From NCBI GenBank assembly GCA_964016885.1, contig OZ024766.1:14942001-15006000 (forward strand): 64,000 bases of DNA, written 5' to 3'. The notes beneath the pieces are model-generated. The model had not been told where the DNA came from. It saw only the letters and a program-made list of their open reading frames with translations, and made no database searches. Position numbers and translations under genes: made by a program. This document shows positions 1 to 11,944 of this stretch, in pieces. The stretch is from Eledone cirrhosa. Lineage: Eukaryota. Numbering within the stretch: the first letter of the stretch is position 1; every line of letters starts with the position of its first letter.

Positions 1-321
1 TGGTGGTGGTGGTCGATGTGGTGGTGGCGGTAGTGGCAGTGGTGGTGGTAGTGGTAGTGGTGATGGTGGTGGTAGTGGTGGTGGTGGTGGTGGTAGTGGT
101 GGTGGTAGTGGTGGTGGTGTGGTAGTGGTGGTGGTAGTGGTGGTGGTGGTGGGGGTAGTGGTGGTAGTGGTGGTAGTGGTGGAGCTGGTGGTGGTGGTAG
201 TGGTGGTGGTGGTGGTAGTGGTGGTGGTGGTGGTAGTGGTGGTGGTAGTGGTGGTAGTGGTGGTAGTGGTGGTAGTAGTGATGATGATGATAATAACAAT
301 GATGATATTTATGATGATGAT
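1..321. repeat. (GTG/GTA)n then (GAT)n trinucleotide microsatellite
   Basis: Directly visible; it produces the spurious poly-Val ORF 119-343. Confidence 0.95.
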
Positions 322-335
322 AGTACACCACTTAC

Positions 336-473
336 CTGTCTGACAGTTGCCACCTTCATATCCAGGAGCACATCCTCCATTAGAGCAGCTACCAGTCTGT
401 GGCTTACATTTACTCTTGTCAGCACAATGACACATGTTTCGACAGTTTGGTCCAAATTTTCCTCTCTTACATC
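336..473 (-). CDS. EGF-like repeat exon (intact, 138 bp, phase 1/1) of a MEGF10/SCARF-like multi-EGF protein
   Basis: Acceptor tttgtag| and donor |gtaagt. Translates GCKRGKFGPNCRNMCHCADKSKCKPQTGSCSNGGCAPGYEGGNCQT with 8 Cys in MEGF-type spacing. Confidence 0.85.
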
Positions 474-517
474 CTACAAATCAATCAATAACAAATATAT
501 ATTTTGGTGTGTATTTG

Positions 518-633
518 TGTGGCCTTGTGGTAAGGGTGTTGGATTTACAATCATAATGTTGTGAGTTCTATTCCTCAACTAGGTTGTGTGTTGTGTTCTT
601 GAGCAAAAGTATTTCCATTCATGTTGCTCCAGT
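518..633 (+). mobile_element. tRNA-derived SINE head with CORE-like domain, interrupted by another SINE
   Basis: A/B-box-like motifs (tggccttgtggtaag ... gagttctattcc) followed by gtgttcttgagcaa; ctccagtataat is repeated at 627 and 829. Confidence 0.6.
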
Positions 634-639
634 ATAATA

Positions 640-828
640 ATAATTGTTTCTACTTTTGACACAAAGCCAGCAATTGCCCAGTACATTACTGGTACTTTAT
701 TTTATCGACCCCGTAAGGATGAAAGGCAAAGTTAACCTTGGTGGGATTTGAACTCAGATCATAAAGGGACGTAACTCTATGCTTCAAAGCATGGCGTCCG
801 ACTCTCTACCAATACTGACAATCCACCA
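640..828 (-). mobile_element. tRNA-derived SINE with MetaSINE-like central domain (family B)
   Basis: Minus strand has gagttcaaatcc (B box) then ctttgcctttcatcct..ggggtcgataaaataaagtaccag. The same family recurs about 10 times in the window. Confidence 0.75.
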
Positions 829-837
829 CTCCAGTAT

Positions 838-1032
838 AATAATAATAATAGTGAAATTATTGTGTACAGTGCTCAGGTGCACTATAACTCATCAAAGGTG
901 CATGTAAAGCACATAGAATAATGAACAAATGTCAGGAAAATGAACAGTGTATGAGTCATGATAAACATATGTACGTGTGTATGGAGGAGGGATATCAGGT
1001 GTAGTGTTGGCGAATTTCAGGAAGCTTGGAGA
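838..1032 (-). mobile_element. 5'-truncated CR1-type LINE 3' end
   Basis: Reverse complement matches the ORF end and 3'UTR at 6262-6450, with an (ATT)n tail. Confidence 0.75.
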
Positions 1033-1390
1033 TCAGTGCCAGTAATAGCTGGTGATTTAACCTTGGGATGGACTGGTGCCCTGTCCAGGGGAAGTTTTGT
1101 ATTTTAAGTCACTTCATGCCATAGATAGCACTGGCCTGATGACCCTCAGCACTCGAGACACACTTTAGACATTTTTTGTTTTTGTATATTCAACAGCCCA
1201 GTCCTTCTAACTGTCGGTAGGTATCACACTGAGCAGAGTCCACTGTATTCCCACACCTGGACAGGATGCTAGTCCATTGCATGGTATTTCACTGCTATAT
1301 TATTCTATCTACTCCAAAAGTATGACAGAAAAAGTTGATTTTGGTGGGATTTGAATACCGTTTTAAAAAAGAACTCAAAATCACAACCCA

Positions 1391-1611
1391 TTAAAACCTT
1401 TAGAATTTAAACCGGCCACAATTCTCTCACTTCTTTATGTTCAAACCAGCCATAAACTGGCTGCTCATACTTATGTTAAGGTATTGTTCTCAAAATAGAT
1501 AATATCAAAATCTCATAGATTTGATATTATGTGAGATAATTATATGAGATAAAGCCTTTACTGTGAAAATATAATAGTGTATATGAAGTAGTGTAAATGC
1601 TAAAGGGTTAA
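1391..1611. mobile_element. piggyBac-like MITE (TTAA-CCCTTTAG termini)
   Basis: Termini ttaaaacctttagaattta ... taaatgctaaagggttaa; an inverted paralog lies at 38012-38236. Confidence 0.7.
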
Positions 1612-1824
1612 TCTGTAACTCTACTGCCCCTGCTACTCACATCTTCCTTATGATCAACATTTAACATTCACTTCCCCTGTAACCAAGAGTGGGATGTGTC
1701 AACAGAGACCGACTCAGAACTTAATCGGAGCTACTGACCTCTCAGATGTTACTGGATGTGACTGAAGACTACATTCATCCATTTGTCTGGTAGATTCTCT
1801 AAAGAAATAGAACTACAAAAGAGC

Positions 1825-3320
1825 ACACACGTGTCTGACAGGTGCTACCTTATAACCAGGACCACACCATCTACTGTAACACACCTGTCTGACAGATGAT
1901 ACCTTATAACCAGGACCACACCATCTACTGTAACACACGTGTCTGACAGGTGCTACCTTATAACCAGGACCACACCATCTACTGTAACACACCTGTCTGA
2001 CAGATGATACCTTATAACCAGGACCACACCATCTACTGTAACACACCTGTCTGACAGGTGCTACCTTATAACCAGGACTACACTATCTACTGTAACACAC
2101 TTGTCTGATAGATGATACCTTATAACCAGGACAACACCATCTACTGTAACACACCTGTCTGACAGGTGCTACCTTATAACCAGGATCACACCATCTACTG
2201 TAACACACCTGTCTGACAGCTGCTACCTTATAACCAGGACCACACCTTCTACTGTAACACACCTGTCTGATAGATGATACCTTATAACCAGGACCACAGC
2301 ATCTACTGTAACACACCTGTCTGAAAGATGATACCTTATAACCAGGACCACACCATCTACTGTAACACACCTGTCTGACAGGTGCTACCTTATAACCAGG
2401 ACCACACCATCTACTGTAACACACCTGTCTGAAAGATGATACCTTATAACCAGGACCACACCATCTACTGTAACACACCTGTCTGACATGTGCTACCTTA
2501 TAACCAGGACCACACCATCTACTGTAACACACCTGTCTGACAGGTGCTACCTTATAACCAGGACCACACCATCTACTGTAACACACCTGTCTGACAGATG
2601 ATACCTTATAACCAGGACCACACCATCTACTGTAACACACCTGTCTGAAAGATGATACCTTATAACCAGGACCACACCATCTACTGTAACACACCTGTCT
2701 GAAAGATGATACCTTATAACCAGGACCACACCATCTACTGTAACACACTTGTCTGACAGCTGCTACCTTATAACCAGGACCACACCATCTACTGTAACAC
2801 ACCTGTCTGACAGGTGCTACCTTATAACCAGGACTTCACCATCTACTGTAACACACCTGTCTGACAGGTGCTACTTTATAACCAGGACCACACCATCTAC
2901 TGTAACACACCTGTCTGACAGCTGCTACCTTATAACCAGGACCACACCATCTACTGTAACACACCTGTCTGACAGGTGCTACCTTATAACCAGGACCACA
3001 CCATCTACTGTAACACACCTGTCTGGCAGGTGCTACCTTATAACCAGGACCACACCATCTACTGTAACACACCTGTCTGATAGATGATACCTTATAACCA
3101 GGATCACACCATCTACTGTAACACACGTGTCTGACAGCTGCTACCTTATAACCAGGACCACACCATCTACTGTAACACACCTGTCTGACAGGTGCTACCT
3201 TATAACCAGGACTTCACCATCTACTGTAACACACTTGTCTGACAGGTGCTACCTTATAACCAGGCCACACCATGTACTGTAACACACCTGTCTGATAGAT
3301 GATACCTTATAACCAGGAAC
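1825..3320. repeat. 54-bp tandem array (~27 copies) derived from the 3' half of an EGF exon
   Basis: Unit acacacctgtctgacaggtgctaccttataaccaggaccacaccatctactgta aligns to the GVCSSGGCxxGYEGSNCQT codons with 3 nt lost; contiguous with exon 3288-3424. Confidence 0.92.
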
Positions 3321-3424
3321 ACACCTTCCACTGGAACACACACCTGTCTGTTTGTTACATTTACTGTTGTCAACACAGTGACATGTGTTGCCACAGTTGG
3401 CTCCAAATTTTCCATTTCTACAGA
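3288..3424 (-). pseudogene. EGF-like exon, frameshifted (137 bp)
   Basis: Acceptor ttccacag|; reads VCRNGKFGANCGNTCHCVDNSKCNKQTGVCSSGRCVPGY, then a 1-nt deletion; donor replaced by gtgtgt. Confidence 0.8.
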
Positions 3425-3689
3425 CTGTGGAAATAAAAATATGAGAACAATGACAATAACAACAACATATAACACTATACAAGATAATGCTTTCTGATTT
3501 AGGCACAAGGCCAGCAATTTTAGGGGAGGAGAAAATCAATTAAATCGACCCCAGTGTGTGACTGGTACTTCATTTTATCAACCCTGTTGGGATGAAAGGG
3601 ATAGCTACCACAATTCTATCATCTATATTATAGCGTTGTCATCTATACTATATCTATATCATCTGAACTATATTTGTATCATCTTAATT

Positions 3690-6450
3690 TCCATGTTTCT
3701 AACACCCATGGATATGCCTACAAAGTCAGAAAACAGCACAGCTCCCATGACTTTCGGAAACATTTTTTCAAGCTCCGAGTTGCTGAAGCATGGAACAAAC
3801 TACCTGCATCAGTTGTTAGCTGTCGAGACACTACATCCTTTAAAACCTCCATGGAACAAACTACCTGCATCAGTTGTTAGCTGTCGAGACACTGCATCCT
3901 TTAAAACCTCCATGGAACAAACTACCTGCATCAGTTGTTAGCTGTCGAGACAGTACATCCTTTAAAACCTCCATGGAACAAACTACCTGCATCAGTTGTT
4001 AGCTGTCGAGACACTACATCCTTTAAAACCTCCATGGAACAAACTACCTGCATCAGTTGTTAGCTGTCGAGACACTACATCCTTTAAAACCTCCATGGAA
4101 CAAACTACCTGCATCAGTTGTTAGCTGTCGAGACACTACATCCTTTAAAACTTCCATGGAACAAACTACTTGCATCAGTTGTTAGCTGTTGAGACACTAC
4201 ATCCTTTAAAACCTCCATGGAACAAACTACCTGCATCAGTTGTTAGCTGTCGAGACACATCCTTTAAAACCTCCATGGAACAAACTACTTGCATCAGTTG
4301 TTAGCTGTCGAGACACTACATCCTTTAAAACCTCCATGGAACAAACTACCTGCATCAGTTGTTAGCTGTCGAGACACTACATCCTTTAAAACCTCCATGG
4401 AACAAACTACCTGCATCAGTTGTTAGCTGTCGAGACACTACATCCTTTAAAACCTCCATGGAACAAACTACTTGCATCAGTTGTTAGCTGTTGAGACACT
4501 ACATCCTTTAAAACCTCCATGGAACAAACTACCTGCATCAGTTGTTAGCTGTCGAGACACATCCTTTAAAACCTCCATGGAACAAACTACCTGCATCAGT
4601 TGTTAGCTGTCGAGACACATCCTTTAAAACCTCCATGGAACAAACTACTTGCATCAGTTGTTAGCTGTCGAGACACTACATCCTTTACAACCTCCATGGA
4701 ACAAACTACCTGTATTAGTTGTTAGCTGTCGAGACACTACATCCTTTAAAACCTCCATGGAACAAACTACCTGCATCAGTTGTTAGCTGTCGAAACACTA
4801 CATCCTTTAAAACCTCCATGGAACAAACTACTTGCATCAGTTGTTAGCTGTCGAGACACTACATCCTTTAAAACCTCCATGGAACAAACTACCTGCATTA
4901 GTTGTTAGCTGTCGAGACACTACATCCTTTAAAACCTCCATGGAACAAACTACTTGCATCAGTTGTTAGCTGTTGAGACACTACATCCATTAAAACCTCC
5001 ATGCAACAAACTACCTGCATCAGTTGTTAGCTGTCGAGAGACTACATCCTTTAAAACCTCCATGGAACAAACTTCCTGCATCAGTTGTTAGCTGCCGAGA
5101 CACTGCATCCTTTAAAACCTCCATGGAACAAACTCCCTGCATCAGTTGTTAGCTGTCGAGACACATCCTTTAAAACCTCCATGGAACAAACTCCCTGCAT
5201 CAGTTGTTAGCTGTCGAGACACTACATCCTTTACAACCTCCATGGAACAAACTACTTGCATCAGTTGTTAGCTGTTGAGACACTACATCCTTTAAAACCT
5301 CCATGGAACAAACTACCTGCATCAGTTGTTAGCTGTCGAGACACATCCTTTAAAACCTCCATGGAACAAACTACCTGCATCAGTTGTTAGCTGTCGAGAC
5401 ACATCCTTTAAAACCTCCATGGAACAAACTACTTGCATCAGTTGTTAGCTGTCGAGACACTACATCCTTTAAAACCTCCATGGAACAAACTACCTGTATT
5501 AGTTGTTAGCTGTCGAGACACTACATCCTTTAAAACCTCCATGGAACAAACTACCTGCATCAGTTGTTAGCTGTCGAAACACTACATCCTTTAAAACCTC
5601 CATGGAACAAACTACTTGCATCAGTTGTTAGCTGTCGAGACACTACATCCTTTAAAACCTCCATGGAACAAACTACCTGCATTAGTTGTTAGCTGTCGAG
5701 ACACTACATCCTTTAAAACCTCCATGGAACAAACTACTTGCATCAGTTGTTAGCTGTTGAGACACTACATCCATTAAAACCTCCATGCAACAAACTACCT
5801 GCATCAGTTGTTAGCTGTCGAGAGACTACATCCTTTAAAACCTCCATGGAACAAACTTCCTGCATCAGTTGTTAGCTGCCGAGACACTGCATCCTTTAAA
5901 ACCTCCATGGAACAAACTCCCTGCATCAGTTGTTAGCTGTCGAGACACATCCTTTAAAACCTCCATGGAACAAACTCCCTGCATCAGTTGTTAGCTGTCG
6001 AGACACTACATCCTTTACAACCTCCATGGAACAAACTCCCTGCATCAGTTGTTAGCTGTCGAGACACTACATCCTTTACAACCTCCATGGAACAAACTAC
6101 CTGCATCAGTTGTTAGCTGTCGAGACACATCCTTTACAACCTCCATGGAACAAACTACCTGCATCAGTTGTTAGCTGTCGAGACACTACATCCTTTACAA
6201 CCTCCATGGAACAAACTCCCTGCATCAGTTGTTAGCTGTCGAGACACTACATCCTTTAAAACCTCTATGCTTCCTGAGATTCGTCAACACTGCACCTGAT
6301 GTCCCCCTTCCATACACACGCACACATGTATTTCATGACTCATACACTGTTCCTTTTCTTGACATTTAAACATTATTCTATGTACTATACATGCACCTTT
6401 GATGAGTTGTAGTGCACCTGAGCACTGTACACAATAATTTCATTATTATA
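3690..6450 (+). mobile_element. 5'-truncated CR1-type LINE with internal tandem expansion
   Basis: HGYAYKVRKQHSSHDFRKHFFKLRVAEAWNKLPASVVSCRDTTSFKTSM is typical of the CR1 ORF2 C-terminus (F..RV...WN.LP..VV....FK). After the array the ORF end, 3'UTR and ATT tail resume. Confidence 0.8.
3789..6265. repeat. 61-bp (58-bp variants) tandem array, ~41 copies, with a 784-bp higher-order repeat
   Basis: Unit catggaacaaactacctgcatcagttgttagctgtcgagacactacatcctttaaaacctc; the diagnostic variant ccattaaaacctccatgc occurs at 4987 and 5771. Confidence 0.95.
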
Positions 6451-6625
6451 TTATTTTATACTCCAGTGGTATGACCTAAACTATATATAATCCATACTAT
6501 ATCTATACAATCTATATGATTTCCGTAACATCGATATTATGTCTATATACTTGCCGATTCTCTACACTCCATACCAATGTTATACTATATATTCATGAGG
6601 CTATGATATCCCCTTTATATTGTAA

Positions 6626-6958
6626 GCACATAGCTTAGTAGTTAGAGCATTGGCCTTGCAATCGAAAGGTTGTGAGTTCAATTCTCAGACCGGGTGATGT
6701 GTTGTTTCCTTGAGCGGGACACTTTATTTCACATTGCTCCAGTTTACTCAGTTGTAGAAATGTGATGATAGGGACTGGGGTCCATATCATTCCACTGCAA
6801 AGTGGTCCTGAAGGTGCCACGGCAAAAAACACCCAATACTCACTGTAAATGAGGTTGGTGTTAGGAAGGGCATCCAGCTGTAGAAATCAAGCCAGAATCA
6901 GTTTCCGTCCCACCCTTGTAAGCAGGGAAAAGCAGACGTAAAATGATGATGATGATGA
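6626..6958 (+). mobile_element. tRNA/CORE-like SINE with RTE-derived tail (family A)
   Basis: tagcttagtagttagagc ... gagttcaattc head, ccttgagc..gacact core, ggtgttaggaagggcatccagctgtagaaa tail and (ATG)n end. Other copies: 13213-13540 (+), 14339-14668 (-), 17072-17412, 19650-19990 and 21832-22172 (-). Confidence 0.8.
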
Positions 6959-6986
6959 TTGTAGCTCCAAAACAGTTTAAATCTAC

Positions 6987-7090
6987 CTGTCTCACAGGTG
7001 TTACCTTCATAACCAGCACTACACTTTCCACTAAAACACACACCTGTCTCTGTGTTACACTTAGCTGTGTGTTACACCTACTGTCATCTT
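6987..7090 (-). pseudogene. EGF half-exon remnant (3' half plus donor)
   Basis: Reads KCNTETGVCFSGKCSAGYEGNTCET|gtagat; no 5' half or acceptor. Confidence 0.7.
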
Positions 7091-7136
7091 GACTCAATAT
7101 ATCATGTTAGAAACAAAGCTATACTACACCACTTAC

Positions 7137-7274
7137 CTGTCTGACAGTTGCTACCTTCAGAACCAGCAGTACATCCTCCACTAGAACACACACCTGTCTG
7201 TTTGTAACACCTGTTATTATCAGCACAGTGGCATGTGTGTTTACAGTTAGCTCCAAATTTACCAATGTCACAGG
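7137..7274 (-). CDS. EGF-like repeat exon (intact, 138 bp)
   Basis: attacag| ... |gtaagt; ACDIGKFGANCKHTCHCADNNRCYKQTGVCSSGGCTAGSEGSNCQT. Confidence 0.82.
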
Positions 7275-7335
7275 CTGTAATATGAAATGTAATGTAAACA
7301 GTTTGAACAATTTCAAGATATAATATTTAGAATTA

Positions 7336-7870
7336 TTAACCTTTTTGATATCAAAATACCTGACACCGATTAACTGTTTTACTCTATATATTTATCTAAA
7401 AACCTCCCACTATAGTGTTATGTAAGAACTTTTCTTAAGTTATGTTCCATCCAAAATATTAGTGATGAAAATCTCAGTTATATAACTATAGCCCTTCAAA
7501 TTCTTCATTATATAAAAATATGTTTAAAATCGTATGCAATATATTTCTTTAGTAATATGGTAATGAAAGGATTAATGACATAGACAGTGTCTTTAAGTAG
7601 TAATATGGTAATGAAAGGGTTAATGATATAGACAGTGTCTTTAAGTAGAAATATGTAATGAAAGGGTTAATGACATAGACAGTGTCTTTAAGTAGAAATA
7701 TGTAACGAAAGGGTTAATGATATAGACAGTGTCTTTAAGTAGAGATATGGTAATGAAAGGATTAATGACATAGACAGTGTCTTTAAGTAGAGATATGGTA
7801 ATGAAAGGGTTAATGACATAGACAGTGTCTTTAAGTAGAAACTTGGTAATGAAAGGTTTAATGACATAGA
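7336..7870. repeat. piggyBac-like MITE whose right terminus is amplified into a 48-bp tandem array
   Basis: Left end ttaacctttttgata; the right end ggtaatgaaagggttaa plus flank is repeated about 7 times from 7545. Confidence 0.65.
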
Positions 7871-8227
7871 GTCTATGTCATTAAACCTTAATCCAAATAT
7901 TCAATTACTTTCAAGCAAGAAACAAATGCAAATATCCGACTAACTTGAATTTTCCATCGGATTTTAAAATTATTTTACGTATTTTTGCTATATTAGTTTT
8001 TTTAACTTAATATTATTATTTTTCTATTGTATTTCTTTATAATTATGTGAATACAAAAATATTTTATATTGTAACTTTTTATGTTAAATAATAAATGACT
8101 ATAAAACTATACAAAAACTATAATAATTTCACAAAAGTCACATTTATAGGTATATCAACTTATGCGACCTCCTTTATTACTGCCTAATTTAAATGTGGCC
8201 TCTAATGGTAAAAAGGTTCCTCTCCTC

Positions 8228-8420
8228 TGACATAGACAGTGTCTTTCATTAGAAATATGGTAACGAAAGGGTTAATGACATAGACAGTGTCTTTAAGTAG
8301 AAATATGGTAATGAAAGGGTTAATGACATAGACAGTGTCTTTCATTAGAAATATGGTAATGAAGGGGTTAATGACATAGACAGTGTCTTTCATTAGAAAT
8401 ATGGTAATGAAAGGGTTAAT
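8228..8420. repeat. 48-bp tandem array (4 copies)
   Basis: Unit gtaatgaaagggttaatgacatagacagtgtctttcattagaaatatg. Confidence 0.9.
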
Positions 8421-8435
8421 TACTACACCATATAC

Positions 8436-8573
8436 CTGTCTGACAGTTGCTATCTTCATAACCAGCAGCACATCCTCCACTAGAACACACACCTGTCTGT
8501 TTGTTACATTTACTGTTGTCAGCACAGTGACATGTGTTGCCACAGTTGGCTCCAAATTTACCTGATTTACAGA
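8436..8573 (-). CDS. EGF-like repeat exon (intact, 138 bp)
   Basis: tttccag| ... |gtatat; VCKSGKFGANCGNTCHCADNSKCNKQTGVCSSGGCAAGYEDSNCQT. Confidence 0.8.
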
Positions 8574-8681
8574 CTGGAAATAAAATATGAGAACAATGAC
8601 AATTATAACAACATTTACACTATACAAGATAATAAATATCACAATATTATATCATCTATATTATAGTGTTGTCATCTATAC

Positions 8682-10493
8682 CAGAGGTCGGCATCCTTTT
8701 GGAGTGTGCGGGCCACATTTCTATGCAGTGTCACACAGGCAGGCCACATTTCTATGCAGTGTCTCACTGGCAGGCCACATTGTTACGAAGTGTCTTGTCA
8801 GTTGCTCACATTGCTATACAGTGTCTTGTCAGCAGGCCACATAGCTATGGAGTGTCTCACCAGCAGGCCACATTGCTATGGAGTGTCTTGTCAGCAGGCC
8901 ACATAGCTATACAGTGTCTTGTCAGCAGGCCACATAGCTATGTAGTGTCTTGTCAGCAGGCCACATTGCTATGGAGTGTCTTGTCAGCAGGCCACATAGC
9001 TATGGAGTGTCTTGTCAGCAGGCCACATTGCTATACAGTGTCTTGTCAGCAGGCCACATAGCTATGGAGTGTCTCACCAGCAGGCCACATAGCTATGTAG
9101 TGTCTCGTCAGCAGGCCACATTGCTATGTAGTGTCTCACCAGCAGGCCACATTGCTATGTAGTGTCTTGTCGGCAGGCCACATAGCTATGGAGTGTCTCA
9201 CCAGCAGGCCACATTTCTATGTAGTGTCTCGTCGGCAGGCCACATTGTTATGTAGTGTCTCACCAGCAGGCCACATAGCTATGTAGTGTCTCGTCAGCAG
9301 GCCACATTGCTATGTAATGTCTCACCAGCAGGCCACATAGCTATGTAGTGTCTCATCAGCAGGCCACATTGCTATGTAGTGTCTCGTCGGCAGGCCACAT
9401 TGCTATGTAATGTCTCACCAGCAGGCCACATAGCTATGTAGTGTCTCACCAGCAGGCCACATTTCTATGTAGTGTCTCGTCGGCAGGCCACATTGCTATG
9501 TAATGTCTCACCAGCAGGCCACATTGCTATGTAGTGTCTCACCAGCAGGCCACATTGCTATGTAATGTCTCACCAGCAGGCCACATAGCTATGCAGTGTC
9601 TCACCAGCAGGCCACATAGCTATGGAGTGTCTCACCAGCAGGCCACATAGCTATGTAGTGTCTCGTCAGCTGGCCACATTGCTATGTAATGTCTCACCAG
9701 CAGGCCACATTGCTATGTAGTGTCTCACCAGCAGGCCACATAGCTATGTAGTGTCTCGTCAGCAGGCCACATAGCTATGCAGTGTCTCGTCAGCAGGCCA
9801 CATAGCTATGTAGTGTCTCGTCAGCAGGCCACATAGCTATGTAGTGTCTCGTCGGCAGGCCATGATATCAAATAAGTAATGAGAACATATGTAAAAAGAA
9901 TGCAGTAATATAATAAAATACTCTGACATTTTTAATAAACTCTGACAAAGCCATGACACCTGGCAGTGTATTTAAACCAGGGTTGCCATTTGTTCATTGA
10001 ACATATTTACTTCTAATAATACTGAACACTTTTAACATAGAAAAATAAATAAACATTGATTATTATCAAATACAGTCCCTTACAGATGTTTTACTACCAG
10101 ACAGTTAACTAAAATGAACAATTTTGAGGATGAAATGAAATAACTATGTCAGACATACTGACATTTTTAGGTAAGTCTGGGTCATTTCACATCCCTGCCA
10201 TACAGATACTATGTATGTACATATATACACGAATACACACACACAGTCCCTTTGACCTCGATGTCTGACTATTCTATCTCTCTGAGTTTGATTGTTTCTT
10301 ACTGTCACATTAAAACATTACGTTCAGTTAAGTGAGTCTTGAGGTTAGACGTGTTCTCTAGTTGGTATTTTAATCCCAAATAATTCAGAACACTTTTTCA
10401 GGGATCGCTTAGTCTAAGATTGAAACCTGTCGGCAGGCCAGATGTGGCCCGCGGGCTAGATGTTCCCACGGGCCAGGGATTTAATGACCCCTA
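8682..10493. mobile_element. Non-autonomous hAT (Charlie-like) transposon with 8-bp TSD
   Basis: Ends cagaggtcggca ... tgaccccta; TSD ATCTATAC at 8674-8681 and 10494-10501; subterminal gcgggcc/ggcccgc motifs. Confidence 0.85.
8708..9862. repeat. 31-bp minisatellite (~37 copies) inside the hAT element
   Basis: Unit cagcaggccacattgctatgtagtgtctcac. Confidence 0.93.
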
Positions 10494-10854
10494 ATCTATA
10501 CTATAGTGATATCAACTATTTTATATCTATATCATCTGTACTATATCCCTACAACCTATATTATATCTATAGCTGTACTATATCTATTCCTCTATATTAT
10601 ATCTATTGAAGGCGCAAGGATTAGTGGTAAGAGCGTCAGGCTTACAATCATAAAGTTGTGAGTTCGATGCCTGAATCTTGCTGTGTTTTGTGTTCTTGAA
10701 CAAGTCACTTTATTTCATGTTGCTCAAGATACTCAGCTATAGAAATGAGTTGCGATGTCACACTTTCAATAGGAACACACACCTGTCTCTAAGTTACACC
10801 TGCTGTTGTTTTGTTTCAATATATTATGCTACAACAAAGTTATGCTACATCACT

Positions 10855-11466
10855 TATCTTATTAGAAATATAGTAATGAAAGTGTTAATGACATAGACAG
10901 TGTCTTTCATTAGAAATATGGTAATGAAAGGGTTAATGACATAGACAGTGTCTTTCATTAGAAATATGGTAATGAAAGGGTTAATGACATAGACAGTGTC
11001 TTTCATTAGAAATATGGTAATGAAGGGGTTAATAACATAGGTAGTGTCTTTAATTAGAAATATGATAATGAAGGGGTTAATGACATAGACAGTGTCTTTC
11101 ACTAGAAATATGGTAATGAAGCGGTTAATGACATAGACAGTGTCTTTCATTAGAAATATGGTAATGAAAGGGTTAATGACATAGACAGTGTTTTTCATTA
11201 GAAATATTGTAATGAAAGGGTTAATGACATAGACAGTGTCTTTCATTAGAAATATGGTAATGAAAGGGTTAATGACATAGACAGTGTCTTTCATTAGAAA
11301 TATGATAATGAAAGGGTTAATGACATAGACAGTGTCTTTCATTGGAAATATGGTAATTAAAGGGTTAATGACATATACAGTGTCTTTCATTAGATATATG
11401 GTAATGAAAGGGTTAATGACATATACAGTGTCTTTCATTAGATATATGGTAATAGAAAGTTTAATT
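10855..11466. repeat. 48-bp tandem array (~13 copies)
   Basis: Same unit as 7545-7870 and 8228-8420. Confidence 0.93.
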
Positions 11467-11480
11467 ACTATACTACTTAC

Positions 11481-11570
11481 CTCTCTGACAGTTGCTACCT
11501 TCATAACCAGCAGCACATCCTCCACTAGAACATACACCTGTCCCTATGTTACACCTGATGTTGTTTTGTT
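11481..11570 (-). pseudogene. EGF half-exon remnant
   Basis: Reads RCNIGTGVCSSGGCAAGYEGSNCQR|gtaagt; lacks the 5' half. Confidence 0.7.
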
Positions 11571-11740
11571 TCAATATATTAAGCTACAGACTAAGCTATA
11601 CTACACAACACACTTCATTGGAACACACACCTGTCTCTGTGTTACATCTCGCTGTTTGTTACACCTCTCTGTATGTTACACCTGCTGTTGTCTTGACCCA
11701 CTATATTAAGTTATAAACAAAGCTATACTACACCACTTAC

Positions 11741-11878
11741 CTGTCTGACAGTTGCTACCTTCATAACCAGCAGTACATCCTCCACTAGAACACACACCTG
11801 TCTGTTTGTTACATTTACTGTTGTCAACACAGTGACATGTGTTGCCACAGTTGGCTCCAAATATACCATTTCTACAGA
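11741..11878 (-). CDS. EGF-like repeat exon (intact, 138 bp)
   Basis: ttccgcag| ... |gtaagt; VCRNGIFGANCGNTCHCVDNSKCNKQTGVCSSGGCTAGYEGSNCQT. Confidence 0.85.
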
Positions 11879-11944
11879 CTGCGGAAATAAAAATATGAGA
11901 ACAATGACAACAACAACAACAACATATAACACTATACAAGATAA

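Noticed and set aside
119-343. Poly-valine ORF
   Set aside because: Translation of a GTG/GTA microsatellite.
1133-1165. CTGATGA hammerhead-like motif
   Set aside because: No GAAA or closing stems; lies in a SINE-like tail.
1825-6265. CRISPR-like regular repeats
   Set aside because: Head-to-tail units without unique spacers, eukaryotic context, and no cas genes.
6626-6700. tRNA gene
   Set aside because: tRNA-like SINE head; no complete cloverleaf, and it continues into the SINE body.
10854-11537. 227-aa ORF with MKDTVYVINPFITIFL repeats
   Set aside because: Read-through of a 48-bp array in a non-EGF frame; no coding evidence.
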